This document shows, one piece after another, positions 21,163 through 29,814 of a stretch of DNA of 64,000 nucleotides. The DNA is from Candidatus Poribacteria bacterium (lineage in GTDB: Bacteria > Poribacteria > WGA-4E > PCPOR2b): assembly GCA_965215015.1 (NCBI GenBank), contig OZ244042.1, positions 4,864,001-4,928,000 on the forward strand. The letters are read 5' to 3'. Below the pieces are notes generated by a model. That model was not told where the DNA came from, searched no databases, and saw only the letters and a list, made by a program, of their open reading frames with translations. The position numbers were made by a program, and so were the translations under genes. Numbering within the stretch: position 1 is the stretch's first letter; each line of letters starts with the position of its first letter.

Positions 21163-21524
21163 TCTGAATCAGGATTTTCAGGATTTAAGGATTAACAGGA
21201 GGATATGAATCCAATTGATACCGACTACAAGGCTTCAATTTTTTCGTCTTGTGTACGTATGTCTTTTCGCTTTTGACGATTGAGCGAATCTTCTCAATGT
21301 CTGCTGCGGTCAGGGTGCTGAACGCGGGGACAGCAAAGAGATGAAGTCTGAATCAGGATTTTCAGGATTTAAGGATTAACAGGAGGATATGAATCCAATT
21401 GATACCGACTACAAGGCTTCAATTTTTTCGTCTTGTGTACGTATGTCTTTTCGCTTTTGACGATTGAGCGAATCTTCTCAATGTCTGCTGCGGTCCGGGT
21501 GCTGAACGCGGGGACAGCAAAGAG
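21163..21524 (+). repeat. Tandem 178-bp direct repeat (period 184) made of an aggatt-rich element plus a gene fragment
   Basis: 21163-21340 and 21347-21524 are identical except one base; each starts tctgaatcaggattttcaggatttaaggattaacagga. Confidence 0.9.
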
Positions 21525-21560
21525 TAGAGATGTTACGCTCAAAACTGTGATTAACTGCAT
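21369..21560 (-). pseudogene. Internally deleted, frameshifted copy of the 21638-22066 gene
   Basis: Same N-terminus up to SIVK, then jumps out of frame to the RKDIRTQDEKIEA-coding segment. Confidence 0.75.
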
Positions 21561-21637
21561 TTTAGGCTACTTTGGTTGGGTCATTTTCCCAAATCCAGCC
21601 GGTATGTGAGGGCGTAGTTGATGGTCAAGTCTAAGCC

Positions 21638-22066
21638 CTAAGATCTAACAATGTGTTCTTGCTTGCGTATTTCGATCTCCTGCTGCAAGGCTTCAATCTG
21701 TTTTTGCTGCGCTTCGATTTTTTCGTCTTGTGTACGTATATCTTTTCGCTGCATGGCGACGATGATTTGTGGTATCCCGATGACCACGGCAATGAAAGCT
21801 ACCAAAGCCATGACCAGCATAAAAATGTGGTTTAATCGTTCCCCTAACGATTTGGTTTCGCCGGTCAGGCGTTTGTCCATCTCTTCAATTTTGATGTTGA
21901 CTTTTGCAATTTCTTGTGAGATGTACTCTTTCATTCGCGCTTCGGAGGCGGTGCCTTCCTCTTTGACGATTGAGCGAATCTTCTCAATGTCTGCTGCGGT
22001 CAGGTCGCTGAACGCGGGGACAGCAAAGAGTAAAGATATTACGCTCAAAACTGTGATTAATTTCAT
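21638..22066 (-). CDS. Small signal peptide / coiled-coil / TM protein
   Basis: aggag RBS; signal peptide, coiled coil, TM FMLVMALVAFIAVVIGIPQII, C-terminal coiled coil. Confidence 0.8.
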   Translation of the reverse strand: MKLITVLSVISLLFAVPAFSDLTAADIEKIRSIVKEEGTASEARMKEYISQEIAKVNIKIEEMDKRLTGETKSLGERLNHIFMLVMALVAFIAVVIGIPQIIVAMQRKDIRTQDEKIEAQQKQIEALQQEIEIRKQEHIVRS

Positions 22067-22266
22067 TTTAGGCTCCTTATGTCTTTTCGCTGCATGGCGA
22101 CGATGATTTGTGGTATCCCGATGACTACGGCAATGAAAGCTACCAAAGCCATGACTAGCATTTTGACGATTGAGCGAATCTTCTCAATGTCTGCTGCGGT
22201 CCGGGTGCTGAACGCGGGGACAGCAAAGAGTAGAGATGTTACGCTCAAAACTGTGATTAACTGCAT
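22063..22266 (-). pseudogene. In-frame internally deleted copy of the 21638-22066 gene
   Basis: SIVK joined directly to MLVMALVAF; truncated after RKDI. Confidence 0.7.
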
Positions 22267-22286
22267 TTTAGGCTACTTTGGTTGGG

Positions 22287-25200
22287 TCAGTTTCCCAACC
22301 CCAGCCGGTATTTGATGTCGTAGTTGATGATGAAGTCTAATTCTTCGTCGGTGAAGCCGTAGTGCTGGGCGAGTACCCGGTCAATTTCGTCCATGATGGG
22401 CTTGGAATGACGCGGAGAAAATTCGTCATAGACGACGCGTCCGGTGGTTTGGTAATAAGTCTCCTTGCGCTGGGCGTGGCGTCTTAAATCTATCATCAGG
22501 TCAGCGGAAATTCCTGAAAGACTGTGCTTTATCGCCTTTGCTATTTTATCAACACCAATTGGGAAATGTCTAATCTCACGTAAATTCAAGTGGCGGCAGT
22601 CAGAGAGAAGAATAAACCACCAATAAAAGAGTGAACTATTCAAAGTCGCCATGGCTACGGCTGCATCTAATTCTGTTGTTACGTACAGAAGCTTGACCTG
22701 AGTCGATATACCCTCTCCATCCCGTTCGTTCTCAAAGTAAGGAGCAAAGTCCATTGCTCTAATCCAGTAGCGCGGTGAGTTATGGAAATATATTGTGTAA
22801 GAAGTTCGGTTCGTGGCAAGGCACGTACCTAAAACTGGGAATTGAGCTAATTTTTTCCAAATACTTTGTTCAATTCCACTGTATATTTTAGGTAAGGAAT
22901 TTTGAAACGATATTTGAGTAATATCTATATGTTCGATAACATCAAAAAGATGTGGGCGAAACTGTTCATGCCATCTATTATACCGAGAGGTGTATAATGC
23001 GGGAGACACCTGTGAGCCCTGTTGAACGATGTAAATCGCTAACCTTTGATTTGCTCCCACAAACAATTTTGTTGGCGCGGTACCGTATGTTTGCACCCAC
23101 CCAACTCGTCTAGAACGATGAAATAAATCTTGAAGAGATGACATCCTATCGGTACAGTAAGCTGAGTGTGGAATTATCATCGATTTCCAACCGTTTTGCT
23201 GAAGAAGATGGAAACTTCTTTCAAATATAAACGCATACAAGTTTCCACAACTCTCCGTGTCATACCCTCTAATCTTGTACTCCTGTTTCACCTTGCTATA
23301 TTCTACATACGGTGGATTGCCGATAATTACATCAAAGCCACCGTCCTTGAGAATGCCGTAAAACTCAATGAACCAGTGAAACGGTTTGTGGGAAGATAGC
23401 CACTTCTGGTAAGCAGCTTTCTTGTTCGCATCTACGCCGTACTCTCCAGAGAGGTATCGGTTGAGTTCATCTTCTAACACTTTAAGTTTATCGCGTAACG
23501 CCTGTTTATCATCAGGTGTCACCGCACCGCCCAATTCTGTCTGTTGCAGACGAAACTGTTCAAATAGGTGCTCGACATCCTCCGCCTTTTCTTGGAGGCT
23601 TTCCATGGTGTTGTCGAAGTCTATTCTATTTTCTGTGACCGCTTTTTCTACTTCGTCGTATGTCGCATAGCCGACGAGTGTATTCCCCGCTTGTATATTA
23701 AAGTCGATGTCGGGCAGCGGTTCAATCCGTTGCCCGTCCTCAATCTGTGCCACCATTTTGAGGAAGAGCCGCAACTTGCAGATTTCTATCGCCTCCTCCA
23801 TAATGTCTACACCGTAAAGGTTGTTGATAATAATTGACTTGAGGATGAAATAGCGGCGGTTGGGGTGTTGATCGATGCTTTTAAGGATTTTGCGGAAATC
23901 TCTACCCCCCCGCAAGGGGGGCGAGTGTTGTAGATCGTCAAGGAATATTTCCATCCGATCCAGACACGCTTCGTAGAGCGGTTCAAGGATATTGAGGGCG
24001 GCAAACAGGAACGCGCCGGAACCGCAGGTCGGATCGAGGATGGTCACCTGAGTGATGGCTTTCCAGAAGGCGCGCAGTAGCTCGGGCCCTTCACAATTTT
24101 CGATTACGTCCTGTGCGAATTGACGGATGTCGAGGTTATAGGTAATGAGTGCATTAACCTCATCTATTTCGCCGTTTGACAGCTGGGTGTGAACTGCTTC
24201 GTATCGGCTCCGCCGTGCGACGGTCTCTCGCCATGTTTCGGTCGGCAAAGCGTATTCATCGGGCGCAAGTGTGTTCCACCGTCCGCGTTTGGATACATCG
24301 TCAATCCCTGCCGCAATCTCCGGCGGCAGATCTCCTTTGACACCTGTTTTGACAGCATCGTAGATGTAACGGTCTGGGTTGTCTTGTAACAGTCCCCAGA
24401 CACTTGCTTCCCCCTCGAAAGCGATTTTACACTCCTTGCGTGCGGCATCAAACAGGAACGGAATCACCGTATTTTTGCTGATATACTCCGTGATGTCCTC
24501 TTTGGTGTAGTACGCACCCATCTGCTTCTGGTTGATATATTTTTCAAAGATGTAACCGAGGACATCGGGGTTAATCTCGTTATCGTTCCGTAATGGACGT
24601 TCATCGAGGTGCCATTGATAATCTTCAAAGAAGTTAAAAAGCTTCTCGAATGCAACATCAGCAATTTGAATCCTTTCCCCATAAAGTTCTTCAAGTTGGT
24701 GCCGTTGGAAGATGCCGCCGTTCAGGTAAGGCACTTTTCCGAGCAAGCGATGTATCTCTCTGCTCCGTTCCGTTTCTGGTTTTGCAAATCCCTCAAAGAA
24801 GAGTGGACAGAGAAAATCGGTGTAGTATTGATCATTACCGTTGACTTGGCTCCCTGTCAGCTTGGTCCTCAAATAGTCAGTATCGTCGTTCAGGAAGTGC
24901 TTCTTCTGAATAAAGTAGATGAACATCAAGCGATTCAACATCACCGAGGCGTACCAGCGTTCCATCTCTTGATCGGGAATCCCTTCGAGAAAATTGAGGA
25001 ACTGGGCGTGTTCCGTCTTGAAACGGTCATAAAATCGTTTGGTCACGCGTTCCACGTCAAAAGCTGCCCGAACGCGCCCGGTGACGTCCAGCAGTGTGAT
25101 GTCTTCTTCCTCGTCGAAGCTAACAGCAATCATTTTCAGTTTTTGAATTAGGGACTCACCGGACTGTTCAGAATCGTAACGGTGTTCAGGACATGCGATC

Positions 25201-25532
25201 GGTCTTCCCGGCTCCCGTTTGGCCAATTGCCAAATCTGTGTGGTTCTCTCAGTGTTAGTATAAATAATGAGGTGTTCGTGGACAGATTTGGCGACCTCCC
25301 GTTGAATTTTACGCCGGGTCGCATAATCTGGAATATTTCCATCGGTCCGTGCCGCGCAGTGAAAGACAACCATCCCACGTTTCTCGGCAATTGCGGTCAA
25401 TAGGTGTTCGCTTTCATCAATGGTAATGTTGAGACTTTGTGTGTGGTAATCCCAACCGAGCTCTTCAATCAGGAGCGTTTCAAATTCAAAGGCTCCAAGG
25501 AGTTGGCGGGTCTGGGCGCGATTAATTGGCAT
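22287..25532 (-). CDS. Type IIG/Eco57I-like restriction-modification adenine methyltransferase
   Basis: PYLNGGIF, LGYIFE, GAYYT, ILDPTCGSGAFL, NNLYGVDI, FDVIIGNPPY; AT-richer C-terminal specificity region; aaggag RBS. Confidence 0.9.
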   Translation of the reverse strand: MPINRAQTRQLLGAFEFETLLIEELGWDYHTQSLNITIDESEHLLTAIAEKRGMVVFHCAARTDGNIPDYATRRKIQREVAKSVHEHLIIYTNTERTTQIWQLAKREPGRPIACPEHRYDSEQSGESLIQKLKMIAVSFDEEEDITLLDVTGRVRAAFDVERVTKRFYDRFKTEHAQFLNFLEGIPDQEMERWYASVMLNRLMFIYFIQKKHFLNDDTDYLRTKLTGSQVNGNDQYYTDFLCPLFFEGFAKPETERSREIHRLLGKVPYLNGGIFQRHQLEELYGERIQIADVAFEKLFNFFEDYQWHLDERPLRNDNEINPDVLGYIFEKYINQKQMGAYYTKEDITEYISKNTVIPFLFDAARKECKIAFEGEASVWGLLQDNPDRYIYDAVKTGVKGDLPPEIAAGIDDVSKRGRWNTLAPDEYALPTETWRETVARRSRYEAVHTQLSNGEIDEVNALITYNLDIRQFAQDVIENCEGPELLRAFWKAITQVTILDPTCGSGAFLFAALNILEPLYEACLDRMEIFLDDLQHSPPLRGGRDFRKILKSIDQHPNRRYFILKSIIINNLYGVDIMEEAIEICKLRLFLKMVAQIEDGQRIEPLPDIDFNIQAGNTLVGYATYDEVEKAVTENRIDFDNTMESLQEKAEDVEHLFEQFRLQQTELGGAVTPDDKQALRDKLKVLEDELNRYLSGEYGVDANKKAAYQKWLSSHKPFHWFIEFYGILKDGGFDVIIGNPPYVEYSKVKQEYKIRGYDTESCGNLYAFIFERSFHLLQQNGWKSMIIPHSAYCTDRMSSLQDLFHRSRRVGWVQTYGTAPTKLFVGANQRLAIYIVQQGSQVSPALYTSRYNRWHEQFRPHLFDVIEHIDITQISFQNSLPKIYSGIEQSIWKKLAQFPVLGTCLATNRTSYTIYFHNSPRYWIRAMDFAPYFENERDGEGISTQVKLLYVTTELDAAVAMATLNSSLFYWWFILLSDCRHLNLREIRHFPIGVDKIAKAIKHSLSGISADLMIDLRRHAQRKETYYQTTGRVVYDEFSPRHSKPIMDEIDRVLAQHYGFTDEELDFIINYDIKYRLGLGN

Positions 25533-26000
25533 CGGTGTTCTCTCCTTCGCTGGGGGTAAATGAACTAACTCCTACTTAAAAATAATAGCATACTTATTAC
25601 TATTCGTCAAACCAGAGCATAAAAAGAAAGTTGTTGACAGATAGGTGATTTTCCGTTGCAGTTCTAGCGGTTAAATTCGTAAATAGACTTACGGCATAGT
25701 TTTGCTAACAGAAAGGAAGGGAGGTCAATTGGATGAGGGGTGCTTATAATAATTGTCAGAATCTAGGAAGGGTCAAGGAATGTGTGAAGTACTGTATACC
25801 GTTTTGGGGGCAGTCATCGGCACACAGACTAGCACTGGCAAATGAAATGCTGGGATGTGGGAAATTGGGCGGGAGATAGACCAATTCAGATCGATCGGAA
25901 GAGTGAAGGGGTTACACAGGATGGGGAGAGAAACCGGATTCGCGCTTTCCAAATCTGCCTCTATATGCTGGTTTCCCATTTGTTTGTTTATCTTGTTTGT

Positions 26001-26714
26001 TTATCGCTTTTTCAACGCGCCCCACGTCATCGCTAGTTTTCCCTTTGGCTCCACAGCGACCACAATTCCATCAATGGCGATGTTGTAGTCGATGAGTTCA
26101 AAAGTAACATCGTTGCTGCTGAGGGCTTTCACTATACCGATATCCGGAGCGAGCCACATGGTGCTTTGTTGAGAAAATCTGATGAGACCTGATGAAGAAA
26201 GGTGCTGCTCAATTTCCAAACAACCTTGAAAGGTTCCCGCTGGCACCGTGATAGGTTCAACATCGACAACCTTGGCGACGTTGGTCACTTCGATGGATAT
26301 GATGCCTAGGCTAGCTTCGCCGGTCACTGTCCATTCTGAACCCAATTCAACTGGAATAGGTAGAAAGGTCTCGGGCGGGGAATAGTCAATTGAAACATCA
26401 AACCCTGCGACCGTTGCGGTCGCTCGAGATATCAGAACACCATCCGGTTTGGATTTGATAAAGAACTTATTCGTATTGTCCCCTGTTCGATCTGAAATGA
26501 CTTTCAACGATTCAGCACCGATGGTTTCGGGCCCCTCAATTGTGATAATTCTCTCTGTGCCTCCGTCAGTGCTCTGTAAAACCCAAGTATTCCCGAATTC
26601 ATCTGGATAATAGTTCTGTGTATGACCGTCCGAAACCGGAGCGCACACAATTACAATTGATAAAAGGAAGATAAAACAGTAACGATAACTGGTAGTGAAA
26701 AATCGAGTTTTCAT
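26001..26714 (-). CDS. Exported protein with Poribacteria-type C-terminal motif
   Basis: Signal peptide; ITVPAGTF..C and WLAPDIGIVK motifs; ends AVEPKGKLAMTWGALKKR. Confidence 0.8.
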   Translation of the reverse strand: MKTRFFTTSYRYCFIFLLSIVIVCAPVSDGHTQNYYPDEFGNTWVLQSTDGGTERIITIEGPETIGAESLKVISDRTGDNTNKFFIKSKPDGVLISRATATVAGFDVSIDYSPPETFLPIPVELGSEWTVTGEASLGIISIEVTNVAKVVDVEPITVPAGTFQGCLEIEQHLSSSGLIRFSQQSTMWLAPDIGIVKALSSNDVTFELIDYNIAIDGIVVAVEPKGKLAMTWGALKKR

Positions 26715-26783
26715 GATATATAATCTTTTTCAGGTTTCAAGCGTAGAAATTCACCGCCGACCATGCCTTATCATACCCGTTGC

Positions 26784-27257
26784 TCACGGACTCACTTGCA
26801 TATTTACGTGCCGTTGCGGGATTTCAATTCTTTGCCCGGGGCGAATGAGATTTGGGTCTTTCAATTTGTTATGGGCTAGCAAAGTGTACAGGCCAATATT
26901 GTGTATTCTTGAAATTTTCCAGAGGGTATCCCCTTTGTGCACATAGTAGACCTTCACTGAACCCGCGGAAGTATTCTCAGGAGATAAGGAAAATTGCGGC
27001 AGTTTACCGGATTTCTCGGTCGTCGCCTCGCTGGATTGATCTTCGTATGATATCACTTCAATTTCTTCCTCACCAGCAGTAACAGCATCCGGTCCCAATA
27101 ACTCTGTGATGTCTATTTGTGTAAGTTCTAGTGGTGTGAGTTCTTCTAGCTGGGTTTTTGCGGTCGCTGCATTATCACGTAATTTAGCCAATAATACTAT
27201 ATTTAACACAAAAATAATAGAGGTCCATATTAACAACTGTTTACGAGCGTACATCAA
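26784..27257 (-). CDS. LysM peptidoglycan-binding membrane protein
   Basis: N-terminal TM; YYVHKGDTLWKISR..N..KDPNLIRPGQRIEIP. Confidence 0.9.
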   Translation of the reverse strand: MMYARKQLLIWTSIIFVLNIVLLAKLRDNAATAKTQLEELTPLELTQIDITELLGPDAVTAGEEEIEVISYEDQSSEATTEKSGKLPQFSLSPENTSAGSVKVYYVHKGDTLWKISRIHNIGLYTLLAHNKLKDPNLIRPGQRIEIPQRHVNMQVSP

Positions 27258-27343
27258 ATCCTCCGTTGAGCGAATAGGGTATTGGATTCAAGTTGAATAA
27301 CGTCAACAACTACACAATAGATTCATAAAATTTATCGAATCTT

Positions 27344-27444
27344 GCTGACAAGCCCCATGCCTTTAGGGTGGGAATGTGGTCAGTCGAAGTGCGTTGAGAT
27401 ATAAAATTAAGAAATCCCCATCATTTAGGGTGGGAAAGGGTCAA
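27344..27444 (+). mobile_element. Miniature IS200/IS605-derived element (two end hairpins, no ORF)
   Basis: gacaagccccatgcctttagggtggg and gaaatccccatcatttagggtgggaaagggtcaa are two related hairpins ~60 bp apart, ending in TCAA. Confidence 0.55.
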
Positions 27445-27453
27445 ACATCGGAT

Positions 27454-28632
27454 TCACCTCATTTGATTCAACAATTCTACCGCCGCATCGGCGATTTGTT
27501 CACCGCAGCCGGGTTGAAAACGGGAAGAGTTGGCCTCATACCCGCCCTGTTTGTAGGCAATCTCGACAGGAATATAGCCGATACTTCCGTTGGTCATGCT
27601 CATGACGAACAGATTGTCCCGTTGCGCTCGATCCACAATGTCAAAGCCAATCTCGACGAAAATCTCCCCCGGCAATCCAATAAAATAAATAGATCCAACC
27701 GCGACACATTGCAGATCTATCTCCTCGGTTATTTTCCCATCAATCACTTCTTTCAGTTGCAATGAATGTTTTTGGTGCATCACCCGAACCTTTGCTCTAT
27801 CCGAGGTCTTGACCCATTGCAGTACCTTTATCGCCTCGCCCCCGATAGTTCTACCAATCATACGGGGGTATCTACCTTCACGCTGGATGGGGACGATATT
27901 GCCCGCACAGCCCAATCCGAACAAGCAGGTGCCCCCTTCTCCCTTTTCGACCATCTCCATTGCATACCCCGGATAATCCGCACTGATTGTGTACATCCGA
28001 TCTGTTGTAGTTACAGGGTGACAAGCGAAGTGGATAAGAGAAGCCGCTAGTGCCCCCGTTATACTTTCAACGCGGAGGACCCTCACTGTCGAATCGTAGG
28101 TGCCCAACGTCAAATCTGAATTGGGGTCAGGCAGACGAAAGCTGGTTTGTGCGCTCCCATCTGGACGAATTGTGTGCCGATTATAGCTGACCTGATCCGC
28201 GATGCCCTGACCGGCTCCAACCCGTGCGGGCTGGAGCCGCTGTTGAGCGAGTTGCGTTACTGTCGTTAGCTGCTGCACAAGCATATCAACATAGACGCGA
28301 TTCTTTGGATTATCGGGGGAGGTAGCGCGCGATGCACGGACTTCGGGACCAAAGTGCGTGTGGGAGCAGCTAACCATCACATTACTAGCCGGAATCCCTG
28401 TCCCCGCCTCAATTGTCTGGCGAACATGATCAACAAATATCGCCTCCACCCCAATCAAATCCGTGGTGATAATGACAACCTGTGTGTCTCCATCGTCAAA
28501 TACGAGGGCTTTCGCATAAAGTGCATCAGCGATAGTCTCGCTGCCACGATCTCGCCCCGAGTATCCTGCCATGTTGCAGCCGATCGGCGGTGTGATGTCG
28601 ATCTTCGCAGCACCAACTTTTAAGTTTCCCAT
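27454..28632 (-). CDS. Neutral/alkaline ceramidase-like hydrolase
   Basis: GAAKIDITPP, LYAKALV, SHTHFGP, FACHP, ISADYPG, GCAGN, LPGEIF, GYIP..GGYE. Confidence 0.85.
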   Translation of the reverse strand: MGNLKVGAAKIDITPPIGCNMAGYSGRDRGSETIADALYAKALVFDDGDTQVVIITTDLIGVEAIFVDHVRQTIEAGTGIPASNVMVSCSHTHFGPEVRASRATSPDNPKNRVYVDMLVQQLTTVTQLAQQRLQPARVGAGQGIADQVSYNRHTIRPDGSAQTSFRLPDPNSDLTLGTYDSTVRVLRVESITGALAASLIHFACHPVTTTDRMYTISADYPGYAMEMVEKGEGGTCLFGLGCAGNIVPIQREGRYPRMIGRTIGGEAIKVLQWVKTSDRAKVRVMHQKHSLQLKEVIDGKITEEIDLQCVAVGSIYFIGLPGEIFVEIGFDIVDRAQRDNLFVMSMTNGSIGYIPVEIAYKQGGYEANSSRFQPGCGEQIADAAVELLNQMR

Positions 28633-28634
28633 AT

Positions 28635-29264
28635 TTAATCCTCGTCTGCCACCGCAATTTTAATCAGAGCACCGCTCACAATCAAGAAGGCAAGTGCACG
28701 CAAGACGACATGGAGTTGAATACCGGCCCCAGGGATCCACCGCCCGATTGGGAATGCGAGAGCAGCAATCAAGAAAATGTATCCTGCCAACCGATTCCTG
28801 CCGCCAATGAGCGAGAGACCGTAACATAGAGCGGTGAGCGTGGCAAAGAATGTTCCGGTGAGCAGCAGTGCCTCCGCAAACTCTCCCGATACCTGGTAAA
28901 TTGCCATTGCATGGGTTGGGTGATCTGCGTGCAACTCACCCAAGGTGCGAAGCGGCGCAGTTTGAGAGAGATGCCCAACCATCTCTATGACCACCCACAT
29001 TACCGCAAAACCGAGCCCAAGGTAACTGCGCGCCGTCACGGCGGGCTTGAGCCATACAAATAACGCAATGACCGTCGGCACAATCAGGATGAGACTTACA
29101 ACACTTAATCCGTGTGTCACCCCCAATAATTTCAACTCCGGTGTCCCCAAAGCAGCAGCCTGGAGACGCATCACGATTAAGTAACTCGACACAAGCATCA
29201 ACACGCCGCTCAGAAAACCCGCGGCACCTCCAATTAGATACAGTTCAACAGGTTTATTGTTCAT
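28635..29264 (-). CDS. Multi-pass membrane protein, unknown function
   Basis: About 6 hydrophobic helices; ggagg RBS; coupled to the downstream gene. Confidence 0.75.
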   Translation of the reverse strand: MNNKPVELYLIGGAAGFLSGVLMLVSSYLIVMRLQAAALGTPELKLLGVTHGLSVVSLILIVPTVIALFVWLKPAVTARSYLGLGFAVMWVVIEMVGHLSQTAPLRTLGELHADHPTHAMAIYQVSGEFAEALLLTGTFFATLTALCYGLSLIGGRNRLAGYIFLIAALAFPIGRWIPGAGIQLHVVLRALAFLIVSGALIKIAVADED

Positions 29265-29588
29265 GGGAAGCCCTCCTTGTATCAGATTAGGTTTCGCTGT
29301 ATAACCCCCATTATCTGATCAGATGGGGGAGATTAGAATGGGTGAGTCAACTTCAACTATTGTAATACAAGTTTCATAAAGTAGTAGGCATACTCCGTAT
29401 GCCATAACTATTAGCTATACAACGGTACAATGGAGCTTACCTACCGTGATTGCACCAATGAACTCATAATGAACTTCTTACGCATTAGGTTTCACGATTC
29501 AGACAGGCACCGGACAATAGGTAGCAACCCGTGCTAAATTATATTTCCCTAAAATTGTTTAGGACGAACCGTCCAGTCCGGGAATCGC

Positions 29589-29774
29589 TCATGTCGAACC
29601 TGTGTCACAGGCCGCGGCTTTCCCATTGCCGATCGATGCAAAGCTGGAAAAAACCTTTATCAGCTTTTCCGCACCACAATCGGGACATACGAGTTCACTG
29701 TTATCCGCATTGATGGATTGTAATATCTCAAATTTGGATTGACATGTCTTGCATTGATACTCATAAATTGGCAT
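29589..29774 (-). CDS. FmdB family zinc-ribbon protein (possible Sec readthrough to 29559)
   Basis: MPIYEYQCKTC..FE...CPDCG. Confidence 0.9.
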   Translation of the reverse strand: MPIYEYQCKTCQSKFEILQSINADNSELVCPDCGAEKLIKVFSSFASIGNGKAAACDTGST

Positions 29775-29814
29775 TGTCTTTTCTCCGAATGGATTGGGTT
29801 TATGGGTTTAAATG

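Noticed and set aside
21163-21524. Possible CRISPR array
   Set aside because: Only two 178-bp units with identical interiors derived from a gene; no unique spacers and no cas genes.
21561-22345. Possible DGR template/variable repeat pair (duplicated R-M 3' end)
   Set aside because: The mismatches involve G, C, A and T rather than only adenines, and there is no reverse transcriptase in the window.
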